Assembly: GCA_036630325.1 (NCBI GenBank)
Contig: CP142732.1
Location: 1,116,001-1,180,000, forward strand
Direction: 5' to 3'
Origin: Vairimorpha necatrix
Taxonomy: Eukaryota
DNA length: 64,000 nt
A program made the position numbers and the translations under genes. The first letter of the stretch is position 1. Every line of letters begins with the position of its first letter. Below, piece by piece: positions 19,370-30,913 of this stretch. The notes under the pieces are model-generated. The model searched no databases and had not been told where the DNA came from. It saw only the letters and a program-made list of their open reading frames with translations.

Positions 19370-20960
19370 TTAATTAGTCTCAATCAATGGTTTGGTCTGA
19401 AATTTATTTCGAAATATGTATATAGACGACTGTGACATTATAAAAATAAGTTTTTTTTTTGAATCAGACGAATTTACTTTTTTTTTTAATTGTAAAACAC
19501 ATTCATTTTTTCTAAATAATATCTATTTCTAGAAACATTAAAGATTATATCTTGTGTTTTACCAATAAAAAAAAGCCAGAAAAAAATTAAACTTGCAAAA
19601 AAACAATATAAAAGAAGTGGTTAATAATGGCACCAATAGTTAACTAAACTCAGTAGATACTTCTTTGGGACTAATAGATCTCTGTAAAAAAATGTGCGAC
19701 ATTTTGATCTAGCATATTAAGAGTTTAGTTAGAAATGATATATCAATTAAAAAAAAGTTACAAAGATCGGCAAAAACAATTTAATAAAAACGAATAAGAT
19801 ATGGGGTTGTGGGGAAATTGGTTTATACTTTAAATGCCAAGATATGAGTTCTCAGTCGTCTGTGAAAAAAGAAGTTTTGACATCAAGTTCTGCCGAGTAT
19901 AATAGACTCAAAGAGGTTTTAAGATCTCGAGATAGAATATAAGATTTATAAGTCAAGAAAGGAGATGATAAAAAATAAAGTATATTGCCAATTCCTGATT
20001 TCGTTACATATACTATAGTAAAAAAAGACGAGGCATTTTTTTTAGGAATCAAAAAAAAAAATTGCCAGTCTAATAGACATATCAAAAAGCCACAACGAAT
20101 GTAAAATAATATAATTAATGTAACAGCGAGATGAATCTATATTTTGGCAGTTAATAAGATTAAATATGTGGGGGAAATGCTTAAAAAATAGACAATATAC
20201 AATACATTGTTGAAATTATAAAAAAACTTAATTTTAAAAACGTTGGATAAATCTATTAATTAAGAAAATTGTGCTTGATTACAAGTAGAATTAAACATAT
20301 AAGTGTAGCACGAACATATCATCAAAAAAGAAAAGGTATTATTGGTGTTATGAATAAAATATAAGGAATACAAAATGTGAATAAATGTTTAAAATACACA
20401 AATTATTGTACCTTGAGATATATGAACTATATTTGTTGTATTGGTAAGAAGGTTTTTTGTATTTACTGTGTTATATTAGCACAAGGGGATATTATGAAAA
20501 ATGTCATTTAAAACAAACAAATCTTAAAGTAATTACATTTAAAAGATTTATGTCGTAATTTAAAACAAGAGGAAAGTCACGGACAAGAAAAAGGAGTTTT
20601 GTGATGATAAAATGAGGATGCTTTGTAGTATGCTGAGCATTTATCATAGCAATATAGATGATAAATCTGATTTTTAACCGGGGAGTTGGACGAGGCTGCA
20701 TTATAAAAAGCAAATGGAATTATTTTAAGGTCAGGCGAACGAATGATTTGAGAAAAAACTTTTTAATTCTCATATTGTTGTAAAACGTTTTCTATTCAAG
20801 CTGTTATGATATAACAGAATTATTTATACTGGGTGTTTTAGAAAAAATACAGAACGTAGTCTTAAAGAATCAAAAAATCAGAGCGTCAAACAATATAAAC
20901 ATGTGGGTTTAATGAAATATTAAAGGAAGATTTAGGATTGTCTTTTTTGTTAAAGTACAT
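19370..20960 (+). pseudogene. Probable decayed gene of unknown family (copy A)
   Basis: Purine-rich coding-like sequence conserved with copy B but broken by stops; strand and limits are inferred. Confidence 0.4.
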
Positions 20961-21161
20961 AATAAAAAAAACTAAGGAAAGGATTTAAGATCCAATAGTT
21001 AAAGTTTATAATGTTGTAAAACGTAGAATACCGTTGAAAGGGGAATGACATTAGTCATTCGTTTAAATATTATTGTAAATACTAATTGATAATATTTAAA
21101 GAGAAAAGTTTTTGCAACTTATAAAATATTTTTATTTATGTCAGCTCAATAATTTTTATTT

Positions 21162-21605
21162 TTAAATAAAAGGCGTACTATATAAAAGAACATACAAATC
21201 ATTAACTAACAAACATAAAATATAAATGAGACCTATTTCTAAAGATATTAAAAATACAACTAAAAATCCTTTTAAAAAAACCCATAATATTGAACGAGTT
21301 TTCTTGGTAGTATTTTGTTCTTCTATTTGTTTAGCTTCGCTTGGCGAGATTTTTTCTTTTATACTAGGTTTGGTGGGTCTCTCGCCCTCTTGTGTACCTT
21401 CAGAAGAATCGGAAGTACTTGTACCAATTTTTTCAGAGCCATTTTGGAGTCGTGTTGTTTTAACTCCAAATATTCTGTCGCCAGTGGTATAAAACACTTT
21501 TTCAATATTTTCTGTTCTTCTTTCATTTTCATTTTCTGTCATTTTCCTTACATCTTCCTGGAAATTTGATATACAAATTTTAAAAAATATAATTATTATA
21601 TACAT
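21162..21605 (-). CDS. Orphan protein with hydrophobic N-terminus and C-terminal TM segment
   Basis: 147-aa ORF; a disrupted paralog at 25506-25974 supports a coding origin. Confidence 0.75.
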   Translation of the reverse strand: MYIIIIFFKICISNFQEDVRKMTENENERRTENIEKVFYTTGDRIFGVKTTRLQNGSEKIGTSTSDSSEGTQEGERPTKPSIKEKISPSEAKQIEEQNTTKKTRSILWVFLKGFLVVFLISLEIGLIYILCLLVNDLYVLLYSTPFI

Positions 21606-21884
21606 AGTCTAATAATGGACATTTTTTTTATCAATCAAAGGAGTTTGTATTATTTAAGGGGAACTCCTTTATTTATCAACATTATAAGAATATTTGTTTA
21701 TTAAAATGTAAATTCGCTTCATAAAGGAGGTTTGCTCCCCAGCGATACAAGAAAAATAATTATAAAATAAAATATCGAAAAAAAAACACGTTTACATACA
21801 CTTTCTTTTATTTTGATTTTAAGTGTCAAACTCCTTTTTTTAAAAGGGGTAAAAAGTATTTAAAAAAAAAAAATTTAGAATTCA

Positions 21885-22109
21885 ATGAATTTCTTAAAGT
21901 CAAAGATCTCAATTATCTGCTTTTTATTGTTAATAAGATCTAAAGAACCATCAACTCAAGAAAATGATGAATTTAGTCAAAGTTTAGCAAATATTGTAAA
22001 AGCTCAAGTGATCAAAGAAATTAAACAATTAGAAGATGAAGGACAAAAAGCGGTGAAAGATACAACAGAAGGATTAATTGGTAGTCAAAGTGGTACATCT
22101 TCAGATTAA
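21885..22109 (+). CDS. Small secreted protein (74 aa)
   Basis: Signal-like MNFLKSKISIICFLLLIRS; paralogous 5' end at 26256. Confidence 0.75.
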   Translation: MNFLKSKISIICFLLLIRSKEPSTQENDEFSQSLANIVKAQVIKEIKQLEDEGQKAVKDTTEGLIGSQSGTSSD

Positions 22110-23689
22110 AACGCTAAAAACCTAAAGATTTATTGACAAATAAATTCTTTTCTAAAAGCTATAATTTTGTTTATTTTTATATGCTACTAGCGTACGTTTT
22201 CCTTGTTTTAAAAGCGAATTTATTTAATATGTGGTATTATAATTGCCACAAACAAATTATTTTTTATTTCTTTATAATTTACATTTTTGGAAATAAACCA
22301 TTCGACTGATCCATTTCAAGAATTAATTCGTTTTTTGATTTCAACCCTCACCCAAACAATCAGGATGAGAAAAAACAACAGGAAAATTAGTAACTATTAC
22401 CAATGGGATACAATCCCAAGGACAAGTGAGGACGCTATGAAATTTTTATCCCCACTCAAATGATCAATGTAGCCATCTGCCAAACAATAAAAAAAAAATA
22501 TAAATCTTATTGAATTATATTTGCTCAGAGGAATCTCCTCAGGTTTCGTCAGTGTTTTTAGACCTTTCAATTAATTTTTGATCGTATTAAGAAAAAAAGA
22601 GATCAGTATTCTAAAGCAGTAAAAATAGAATTCTTTCAAAACAAGGATAATTAATGCGATTTAAAACATTTTAAAGACTTTAAAAAGAATGCTTTTATAT
22701 GTTTTTATTTCCTAATTTCGACACATATTATAGTTTTCTTAGATGTTGAATGTTATTTCAAATTTTTACGAAAGAGACAAATAAATTTTAAAAAAGGTAT
22801 TAGCGTATGCTTTTCCGTTTTGAAATTGGATTTTTATGATCGTGTTTGCATTTTGTTTTTTTAATTTTCTTCATTCAAGTAAAATTATAAAGGAGAAAAT
22901 AGTAATTGTAAAACACACAATTAAAGTAACCTAGAAAACCTAATTAAACATGAAATGGCCATAAAATGTAAGATTATCTTTTGTGGCAATATTTTTTTTA
23001 TCTAAAAAGAGGGATTCTAGAAAATATTTGCTATAAAGATTTTATTGTATTTTGCTTCTTAAGCGCTAACATTAAGTTGAAAAGGACATGAGAGCAATTT
23101 ATAATTGTTAAAGATAATTGTAAGTTAAGGGTTAAATTTATTTAGTATATATTCTCAACAATAATGAGTACAAAATTACATTTTATATAATCAAAAATTT
23201 AAAGCAAAAATGAGCACTACAGAGACCTATTTACAAATAGGCCATCTCCCTGGTTGTGAGCTACATGTTTTAGTTTTTTTGTTTGCATTTATAATTTTTG
23301 GAAGTTTTAACATTTTTGCAATTTTTTGTGGAAGATTTAAATAATTCTAAAAAACGACTCTGACGATATTTTGAAACTTAGTTTTGCAAAAGTAATAATT
23401 TAAATGAAAATGTTACGCCCTACATGCATCAAATTGAAACAATAAATTATTTAAGACTATAAAAACATAATAAGTAAAAAACATCACGTTTAGCTAATTC
23501 AAAATTGTGAAAAGGGAGGAAATTTAAGGCGATGATGACGATGAGATGATAAGTCAAAAATCAAAGTTTGTTTGATTTTCACATTTTATATGTTTTTTAA
23601 GCAGACTTTAGAAAATATAATTTAAATTTTAATAAAATTTTTGTTTTTTCCGCTGATTGAATTTCTTTTAAAATTATTTATACTCTAAA

Positions 23690-25300
23690 TCAGTCTCAGT
23701 TGGAGTTTTGGGCTTTTATGATATATTTAAACACGTATATAGACGACTGTTAAACAAAAATATGTTTCGTAGATGATGTCAAATGTTACTACCTCTAATT
23801 GTAAAATACATTCATTTTCTGAATAAAATTTAGTTTAGAAACATTTTATTTTTAAATTCTGTGTCTTACTAGAAGTTGAATTAAAATAAATTTTAATAAA
23901 AAAAATAATATCAAAAACGTTTCAATATATGACATTTTTAGTTGCAAAATCTCGGCTGATACTAATATAGAAGAACTCTCAATCATGCAAAGCATGCCAG
24001 CGAATTTAAATTCAGTTATATCGAGAGTTTAGGTAGACATGATATAATAGTTTTAGAATGTTATAGAGATTGTAAAAAACAGTATGAAAAGATTTCGATA
24101 AGATATATAATTGTATTTAATTCGAAGGTTTCTTAAAAAGGCATTAATATGTTTTCTCCATAGATTATGAAAAAAAAGTTTTGACATCAATTCTGCGAGA
24201 TTACTAGATGTAAGTAGGTTTTTTGAATAAAGAGGTAGAATTGCGGGGATTATCCTCGATTGACGTATAAAATTACAGACTACTTAAAGTCAAGCAAAGA
24301 GATATTAAAACCCCGAAAAGATTGCCAATTTCTTATTTCGATACAGATGGTACTAAAAGAAATAGACGCGGCATTTTTTTATAAATTAAAACAAACATTC
24401 TTTTCAGTATTATATACATTAAAGAAGCTACAACGAATGTATTAAGACACAATATCTTAACAGAGATCAAGCTATATTTTGGCAGTTAAAAATTTTGAAT
24501 ACTAAAGAAATAAATGTCTAAAATATAGATAATATATATTACATTGTTATAATTGGAATACACTAAAATATAAAACCGTTGGATAAATTTATAAACCAAG
24601 AAAATTGTGCCTGGCTGACACATAGAATTAAAACATGGTGTTCAACCTAAGTATAAAAATGTAGAGAAAAGTTTTTATTTGAAAGAAATTAAGTATCAGA
24701 AAGATGAAAATAAATGTTTTATATACACAAATTTATTGTAACACGAGGTATGTAAAATGTTTTGTTATATTGGTAAGAAGGTGTTTTGTATTTACTGTGT
24801 TATATTATCACTTGGAGAATTATGAAGAATGTCAAAAGCAAACAAAACATTAAATAATTACATTTCAAGCTTTATGTTGTATATTAAAAAAACAGAGAAA
24901 TCGGCCATGGACAAAGGAAAAGAGCTCTGTAATGATAAATGAGAGTGCTTTGTAGTATGCTGAGTATTGATTATTATAATATAGATGTATATTCCTGCAG
25001 AAAACGGGGAATTGGACGAGGCAGCACTATAAAAAAGCAAATAAAATTATATGAATGATCTAAAAATATATTTCTAGTTCTAATATTATTATAAACTGTT
25101 TTTTCTTTCAAATTTTTATGATAAAAAGAAATAATGTTATTGTGAGATTCAGAAGAAGGTACAGAATAATGTCTAGAAAAAATCGAAAAAAAAAGAATAT
25201 CAAATAATCAAATAAACGATATAATAAAACAGTAAAAAGATTTCGAATTAAACTTTTTGGCGGAATTTCATAATTTTCGTTGAATTTAGTTACAAACTAG
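23690..25300 (+). pseudogene. Probable decayed gene of unknown family (copy B)
   Basis: Homologous to 19370-20960; only short ORF fragments remain. Confidence 0.4.
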
Positions 25301-25505
25301 AAAAATAAATCGAAAAGAGAAAATTGATTTAAAAAAAAAATAAGGTTTTTAATTTTATTAAACAGAATATCGTCGAAGATAAAAAAATTAAGCAATTTTT
25401 ATTAAACTATTATTATGGTAATACCAAAAGATATTTTTTTTACTAAAAAGTTTATAATAATACGTATAGAATATTTTTTTTATGTCGGCTCAATAATTTT
25501 TTATT

Positions 25506-25974
25506 TTAAATAAACAGCCGTACAATACAAAAGAACATACAAATCATTAACTAAGAACCATAAAATATAAATTAAACCTGTTTCTAAAGATATTAAAAAA
25601 TGGAACTAATAATCCTTTTAATAAAACCCCCAATGGTGTTAGAGTTTTCTTGATATAAGTATTTTTTTCTTCTTCTATCTGTATATCTCGCTTGGCGGCT
25701 TTTCTATTTATTTACCAATTTTGGGTTTGTTTAACATATTGGAGGAACCTCCATCTTCTTGTGTATTTACAGAAGTATCGTAAAAACTTGTACCAACTTC
25801 TTTGGGATTGTTCTAAAGATGAGTTGTTTCATGTCCAGATATTTTGTCTCCAGTGAGATAATACACCTTTTTGACATTTTCACGACTCCTTTAAACTTCG
25901 TTTTTTATTTCTTTGGCTATCTTTTTCTTGAAATTTGATATACAAAATCTGGTAAATATTTTTAATTTCAACAT
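25506..25974 (-). pseudogene. Disrupted paralog of the 21162-21605 TM protein
   Basis: MLKLKIFTRFCISNFKKKIAKEIKNEV*RSRENVKKVYYLTGDKISGHETTHL*NN aligns with copy A; in-frame stops at 25891-25893 and 25813-25815. Confidence 0.85.
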
Positions 25975-26255
25975 AGTCTAATGACTGAAAATTTTCACCA
26001 ATCAAATGATGTGTGTATTAATTAAGGCGAACTCCTTTAATACCGTCAATCAAAGAAGATTTGTTTAACTAAAGGTAAATTTGCCTTTAATGTAGATTTG
26101 TTCCCTAGTGGGATAATTAAATATTTTTTATAACATCAAATTTCAAAAAACACGTTTATAAACACTTTCTACAATTTAAATTTTTTAATAATGTTAACCT
26201 CCTTATCTTTTAAAAGGGGTAAAAAGTATATAAAAAAAAAAAATTTTAAAATTCA

Positions 26256-26435
26256 ATGAATTTCTTAAAGTCAAAGATCTCAATCCTCTGCTTTTTATTT
26301 CTAATAAAATCAGCACATCCCCCAAGAGAACAAGCAGGAGAAGCAGTGGGCGACGAATCAGAAGATGTTTATCGGGCAGACCGTCAACGAAATCGCCCCA
26401 AGGTGTATGGCCATAGGAATCCTATAAGTAGTTAG
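26256..26435 (+). CDS. Small secreted peptide (59 aa, not in the ORF track)
   Basis: MNFLKSKISILCFLFLIKSAHPPREQAGEAVGDESEDVYRADRQRNRPKVYGHRNPISS*; upstream region and signal peptide shared with 21885-22109. Confidence 0.7.
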   Translation: MNFLKSKISILCFLFLIKSAHPPREQAGEAVGDESEDVYRADRQRNRPKVYGHRNPISS

Positions 26436-26525
26436 AAAAAATAGATTTATTAATGAATAAATTCTTTCTTTACTTTATTTTTATATGTAATAATATCAGG
26501 TTTTTTATTTTTTTATATTTAAACT

Positions 26526-27093
26526 TGCTAAAGAGAACTTTAGGTCCTAATTTTTGAACTGGGGTTTTTTATTTTTTTTACCACTTTTTTAAAAAAATGG
26601 AGGAAAGAATTCGAACCAGAGAAGAATTAGAAATCTACTACAAATGATTTTTTAGACTAGAACAAAACAAAACTGTACAATATATAATTTTAAATTAATA
26701 ATTACACGTTTTTAAGAGGTCTTTGTTTTATAAACAGTACTAAGAAAATGAAATTTTAATGAGTTATCGCTTATATATAATGTTTGTAGAATTAGTAAAA
26801 TTCTCGTATTACAAACGCTTTATGTCTATTCTCTTCTTCAATCGAATAATATATTTTACTAAACGTAGAAAAAGCTAAACTAATGCTAACTATAATCATA
26901 AAGAAAATATAATGAAAAACAATTACATAGTATATGATGCTTATAAATATTATTAAATTTATATTTTGCCGTATTAATAAATATTTAATTAGTTTATTTA
27001 TTTTTCTGAATTCTTCAGCGTTTTCTTTCCTCATTTTTATTAAAAAAAGACACCCCCCAGCTTAAAAATTTTGACCTAAAGTTTTTTTTAGCC
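26526..27093. mobile_element. Non-autonomous TIR DNA transposon (MITE), Merlin-like
   Basis: 38-bp inverted repeats with 32/38 matches (26527-26564 vs 27055-27092); TTTAAACT duplicated at 26518-26525 and 27094-27101; right terminus reads GG inward. Confidence 0.8.
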
Positions 27094-27278
27094 TTTAAAC
27101 TTTTGAAATTTATTGATTTCATATAAAACATAATAAGATTATATATTCATGAAGGCAACATATTTTTAAATTACAATAAAAGCCGATGTAGATTTTTTTG
27201 TTTTATTTATATTTACTCATTAAAGAGTCATTTAATTTACGAATGTAATTATTAAATTAATTAGTTATATTAATTTTT

Positions 27279-29756
27279 TTACATAAATTCTAACGGGTCG
27301 ATTTCGATATTTACACTGACTATTCTTAAATCATCCACATCATTAATTTCAAACACATCACTATAAATTTTGCAAAAATTAATAAATTCAAAATCTTTAC
27401 AAACCTTGACTTTTTCTAAAAGTTCGTTCATTTCCATAGATCCTGTTTTTACTAAAATTTCATAAAACAATACAAAATAAATTTTATATATCGTGTCTCT
27501 ATTGAGATATTCTTGCATTCTTGTATCTTGAATCTCTAAATGTTTCATTAATTTGTATTTTAACCTGCTTTTAATTCTACAATTTTGGACCGTGATTTTT
27601 CTTTCATTACAAACTACAATTCCATCTTCCCGTAATTTTTCGAGAATTAATTCAATGTTCGAATAGTCTTTATATTCCAAAGGATTTAATAAATCATTAT
27701 ACAACAGATCATATTTGATTTTTGTATAAAGAAATTCCTGAGTATTTGGAGGTTCAGCACATGTTTCTTGTTCTTCTTCTGTCATATTTCCAAATGCTTC
27801 ATCAATGTATTTCATTAATTCTTTGTAAATATTCGTGTAATTTTGCTTTATAAATTTCTTGATAATTTTATAAGCAGTGGCTTTTTTATTATATCTAAGA
27901 TAATTGAAACATTTGATTCTGTTTACGTAATTCATATAAACATTCTTCTTGTTTTTAGTTGGTATATTATCAATTAATTCATTATAATTTGTGCATAGTT
28001 TAATAATGATCAAATTACTTAATAAATCTTTAACCTTTTCTCTGTCCGTATTTTTATTAACTAAATCCTTTGTTGTATTTATCGAATAATTTTCATCAAC
28101 TAGTTTTTTCATATTTTTTTCACCATTTTCGTTTAATTTTGTTTTTTTGAAAATTTTTTCGCCTTCTTGATTTAATTTAGAATTCTGTTCAATGTCTTTT
28201 AATAATTTAGAATCTTTTACAGTTTCCTTATTCAACCCTGATTTATTAGCGTTTTGTTCATTTATTATATATTCATTTGCTTTTTCCTCATTTAAATTTT
28301 CTTTTTTTGTATATTTTTCTATTAATCCAATTTTTTCTAGATCTAAAATTTTTTTGAGTATTCTTTTGATTGTAATTGATATTTTCAAATTTTTCGTTAC
28401 ATTAGATCTTTTAAGTTTATTCAGTAAATCGTCATATTTTAGATCTTTAAATTTACAATCTTGTGTTATTGAAGCCATAACATTTAAAATGTCGATTGGA
28501 ATTATCTTAAATAAAAATTTTAAATTCATTTCAAGAAAAAAATTTTCATCCAAAATAATGTAATTATCTTCGTTTTTATTATGTAAATAATCACATAATA
28601 GGCGTATCTTTTCCTTTTCATTTGTTATATAATAATTATCTTTGATTATGAAATTTCTTGCTAATACAAATTTGTTGTATAGATTTTCTTCTGTGCTATT
28701 TTTAAATTCTATTTGTGTCCTATCTTCTGTTTCATTTAGATAATCAACAACATTTACATCTTTGTGAATAATCAAAGTTTTACATTCGTTTTTCTCTTTG
28801 ATTGTAAAAATTTTATGACCACATTTTAAAGCTGTCGACATTATCGTTTTTTTACATGGTAAGAAATTCGTATTTAGATTAATTTGAAATTGTCTTAAAG
28901 ATTCATCAGTAATTACAAATCCTTTTTTATCTTGTAACATTTGGTCAAGTGCATTCATCCTGTCTTCTACAGTTATAAATTTTTTATCTGTAAATTTTTT
29001 TTTCTCTACTACATCAGTCGATACAAAAAACAAAAGTCTTCTAATTTTGCCTATAAATATTTCTTTACATAAATATTGTTCTCTATCTAATTCGTTAATT
29101 TTTGTTAGATAGTTTAACCCTTGTCTTATTGACATCCCGAAATTTTTTTTTACATCTTCTGTTGTAATGCCCACCGGCGAATTTTTTATTAGATTTCTAA
29201 TTTGATCTAAAAGTGGTATTTCTGTACATAAATTTTCAGGAATCATTGGTGTGTCGTAATTGTCGTTTGTTGGATTTTCATATTTAAATAATAATTTTTT
29301 ATCAAGTTTAAAATAGTAAACACCACTTCCCTCTCTTTTTTGTTCTAGTACTTCGCTTCTCTTTAGTATTTTTGTAACATAAAAAATTCTTTTAGAATCC
29401 AAATTTAGTTTTTCTCGTAGTTCTGAGCTTTTTACATATTCGTCTGCGTTTAGTAAATAATCTATGACTTTGTATGGATATTCTTCTTTCCATTTATACT
29501 GCGCAAGATTTTGTTTAAAAATATTATATTTTACTCTAATGTTTAAAGAGTTGAGATCTGTCATTATTGTATTAAAATCAGTTAATTTTATTATTGTTTC
29601 GCCATTTAGATTTTTTTCTAGTTTTTCTTTATCTTTCGTGTAATATATTTCATATGAGTCGTCAACGCATAACGTGCGTATTTCTTCTTCATTAAATCTA
29701 TTAAGATTTGTTCCATAAAGTCCATATCCCAGAAATTCATTTAGATATTTTTCCAT
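27279..29756 (-). CDS. Probable TFIIIC B-box-binding large subunit (Tfc3/GTF3C1-like), reduced
   Basis: ATG at 29756 preceded by CCCA; N-terminal EFLGYGLYGT, winged-helix-like segments (LLDQIRNLIKNSPVGIT) and the T.EDR...CKKTI pattern resemble Tfc3; recognition is weak. Confidence 0.55.
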   Translation of the reverse strand: MEKYLNEFLGYGLYGTNLNRFNEEEIRTLCVDDSYEIYYTKDKEKLEKNLNGETIIKLTDFNTIMTDLNSLNIRVKYNIFKQNLAQYKWKEEYPYKVIDYLLNADEYVKSSELREKLNLDSKRIFYVTKILKRSEVLEQKREGSGVYYFKLDKKLLFKYENPTNDNYDTPMIPENLCTEIPLLDQIRNLIKNSPVGITTEDVKKNFGMSIRQGLNYLTKINELDREQYLCKEIFIGKIRRLLFFVSTDVVEKKKFTDKKFITVEDRMNALDQMLQDKKGFVITDESLRQFQINLNTNFLPCKKTIMSTALKCGHKIFTIKEKNECKTLIIHKDVNVVDYLNETEDRTQIEFKNSTEENLYNKFVLARNFIIKDNYYITNEKEKIRLLCDYLHNKNEDNYIILDENFFLEMNLKFLFKIIPIDILNVMASITQDCKFKDLKYDDLLNKLKRSNVTKNLKISITIKRILKKILDLEKIGLIEKYTKKENLNEEKANEYIINEQNANKSGLNKETVKDSKLLKDIEQNSKLNQEGEKIFKKTKLNENGEKNMKKLVDENYSINTTKDLVNKNTDREKVKDLLSNLIIIKLCTNYNELIDNIPTKNKKNVYMNYVNRIKCFNYLRYNKKATAYKIIKKFIKQNYTNIYKELMKYIDEAFGNMTEEEQETCAEPPNTQEFLYTKIKYDLLYNDLLNPLEYKDYSNIELILEKLREDGIVVCNERKITVQNCRIKSRLKYKLMKHLEIQDTRMQEYLNRDTIYKIYFVLFYEILVKTGSMEMNELLEKVKVCKDFEFINFCKIYSDVFEINDVDDLRIVSVNIEIDPLEFM

Positions 29757-30014
29757 TGGGGTTAATAAAAAGTTGTTTATTAAATTTTTGAAATGAATTT
29801 TATTGAAATGTGCCATAAGCATCTTGTCTTTTTTTATTGCCACACAATGGTTTTCTGATTTAAATCTGCTCTGCAATAGTATTTTATATGAAATTTAAAG
29901 AACTTTTTATGTTTCTGTTTTTATTAAATAACGAACAATAAATTAGAGTTGTTCATAAAACTAATATAATAACAATTATATATATTTAGTAAAACGAATG
30001 TTTAATAAATTTCT

Positions 30015-30701
30015 TTATTGTTCAAATTTGTCTACATCAAATGTCCCCAAATGTTCCCATCCATTTTTATCCATAAAGTATAAGTTGACATTTCCTCCTG
30101 AGTACGCGTCTCTGTGCGTCGCATGCCAAATGGCTTTCTTTCCTAAGTTCAGGGCTTCTTCTTTTGTTAAGTCGAATCTGTAAGATTCATTTAAAACACC
30201 GTACGCAATGGTTGACCCACTACCAACAGAGAATAAGTTCCCAGAGAGTCTTTGCCCAGCATCATCCACGTAGTAAATCACTGGTTTGTCTCCGTCATAT
30301 CCACAGACCATTGATCCTAAAGATAGACCTTGGCCTTTATAGCTATACACACAATTACTTAAGTACATACTGGCCGCAGATACAGAAATCCTTTTATTAT
30401 TCTTTAACTCATACAGTTTTGCGTACAAGCCCATTTTCTTCTCCCAGAAATAACAATCTGAAGCACCTCCTGCCATTGTACCAATCAAGTGTTTATTCAC
30501 TCTAATAACTTTGTGTACATTTTGTGAAGCAATGTAAGACCCGGCGGAAGCTCTAGAATCTACTGCTATTACCATACCACCTTGAAAGATGAATGCCAGA
30601 GTGGTAGTCCCTTTATAGGGTACAATTTTATTTTTCATAAAAGCAGAATCTACTTTGGTATTTTGGATTTCCATAATATTGCCAGTAAACAATTTCTCCA
30701 T
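30015..30701 (-). CDS. PRE2: 20S proteasome subunit beta 5
   Basis: Propeptide then G|TTTLAF, AVDSRAS, GTMAGGASDC, SVGSGS, HRDAYSGG. Confidence 0.97.
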   Translation of the reverse strand: MEKLFTGNIMEIQNTKVDSAFMKNKIVPYKGTTTLAFIFQGGMVIAVDSRASAGSYIASQNVHKVIRVNKHLIGTMAGGASDCYFWEKKMGLYAKLYELKNNKRISVSAASMYLSNCVYSYKGQGLSLGSMVCGYDGDKPVIYYVDDAGQRLSGNLFSVGSGSTIAYGVLNESYRFDLTKEEALNLGKKAIWHATHRDAYSGGNVNLYFMDKNGWEHLGTFDVDKFEQ

Positions 30702-30913
30702 GGGGTAAATAAAAGATAAAAATAAATAATAGTAAAGGTATTAAAAAAAGAAAAAAAAATTTAGTGTTCTTTTCATAACGCACATACTGACCTAATGGTA
30801 TTTCATTATTTCATTTGAGATTTATACTTTGATATGAAAATTTTGATAAAACAATTACTAAGTTTTTTTCAAAAATATTTCCTGTCTGCTTTTGGTATTA
30901 ATTTTTCTATCCC

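Larger units (their letters stand above)
19370..22155. repeat. Segmental duplication copy A (diverged direct repeat of ~23690-26470)
   Basis: Collinear shared blocks: gtatatagacgactgt, aagttttgacatcaa, ttttggcagttaa, cgttggataaat, ttggtaagaagg..tttgtatttactgtgttatatta, gctttgtagtatgctgag, aaaaggggtaaaaagtat, ttcaatgaatttcttaaagtcaaagatctcaat; boundaries approximate. Confidence 0.9.
23690..26470. repeat. Segmental duplication copy B
   Basis: Same ordered blocks as copy A, offset ~4.3-4.4 kb. Confidence 0.9.

Noticed and set aside
23531..23660. ATGATGA...CTGA as a possible C/D snoRNA
   Set aside because: Long AT-rich interval with no convincing terminal stem or guide sequence.
20504..25040. 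Two short minus-strand ORFs sharing QHTTKH (20504-20713 and 24858-25040)
   Set aside because: Explained by the segmental duplication; non-ATG starts; probably antisense to the decayed gene.
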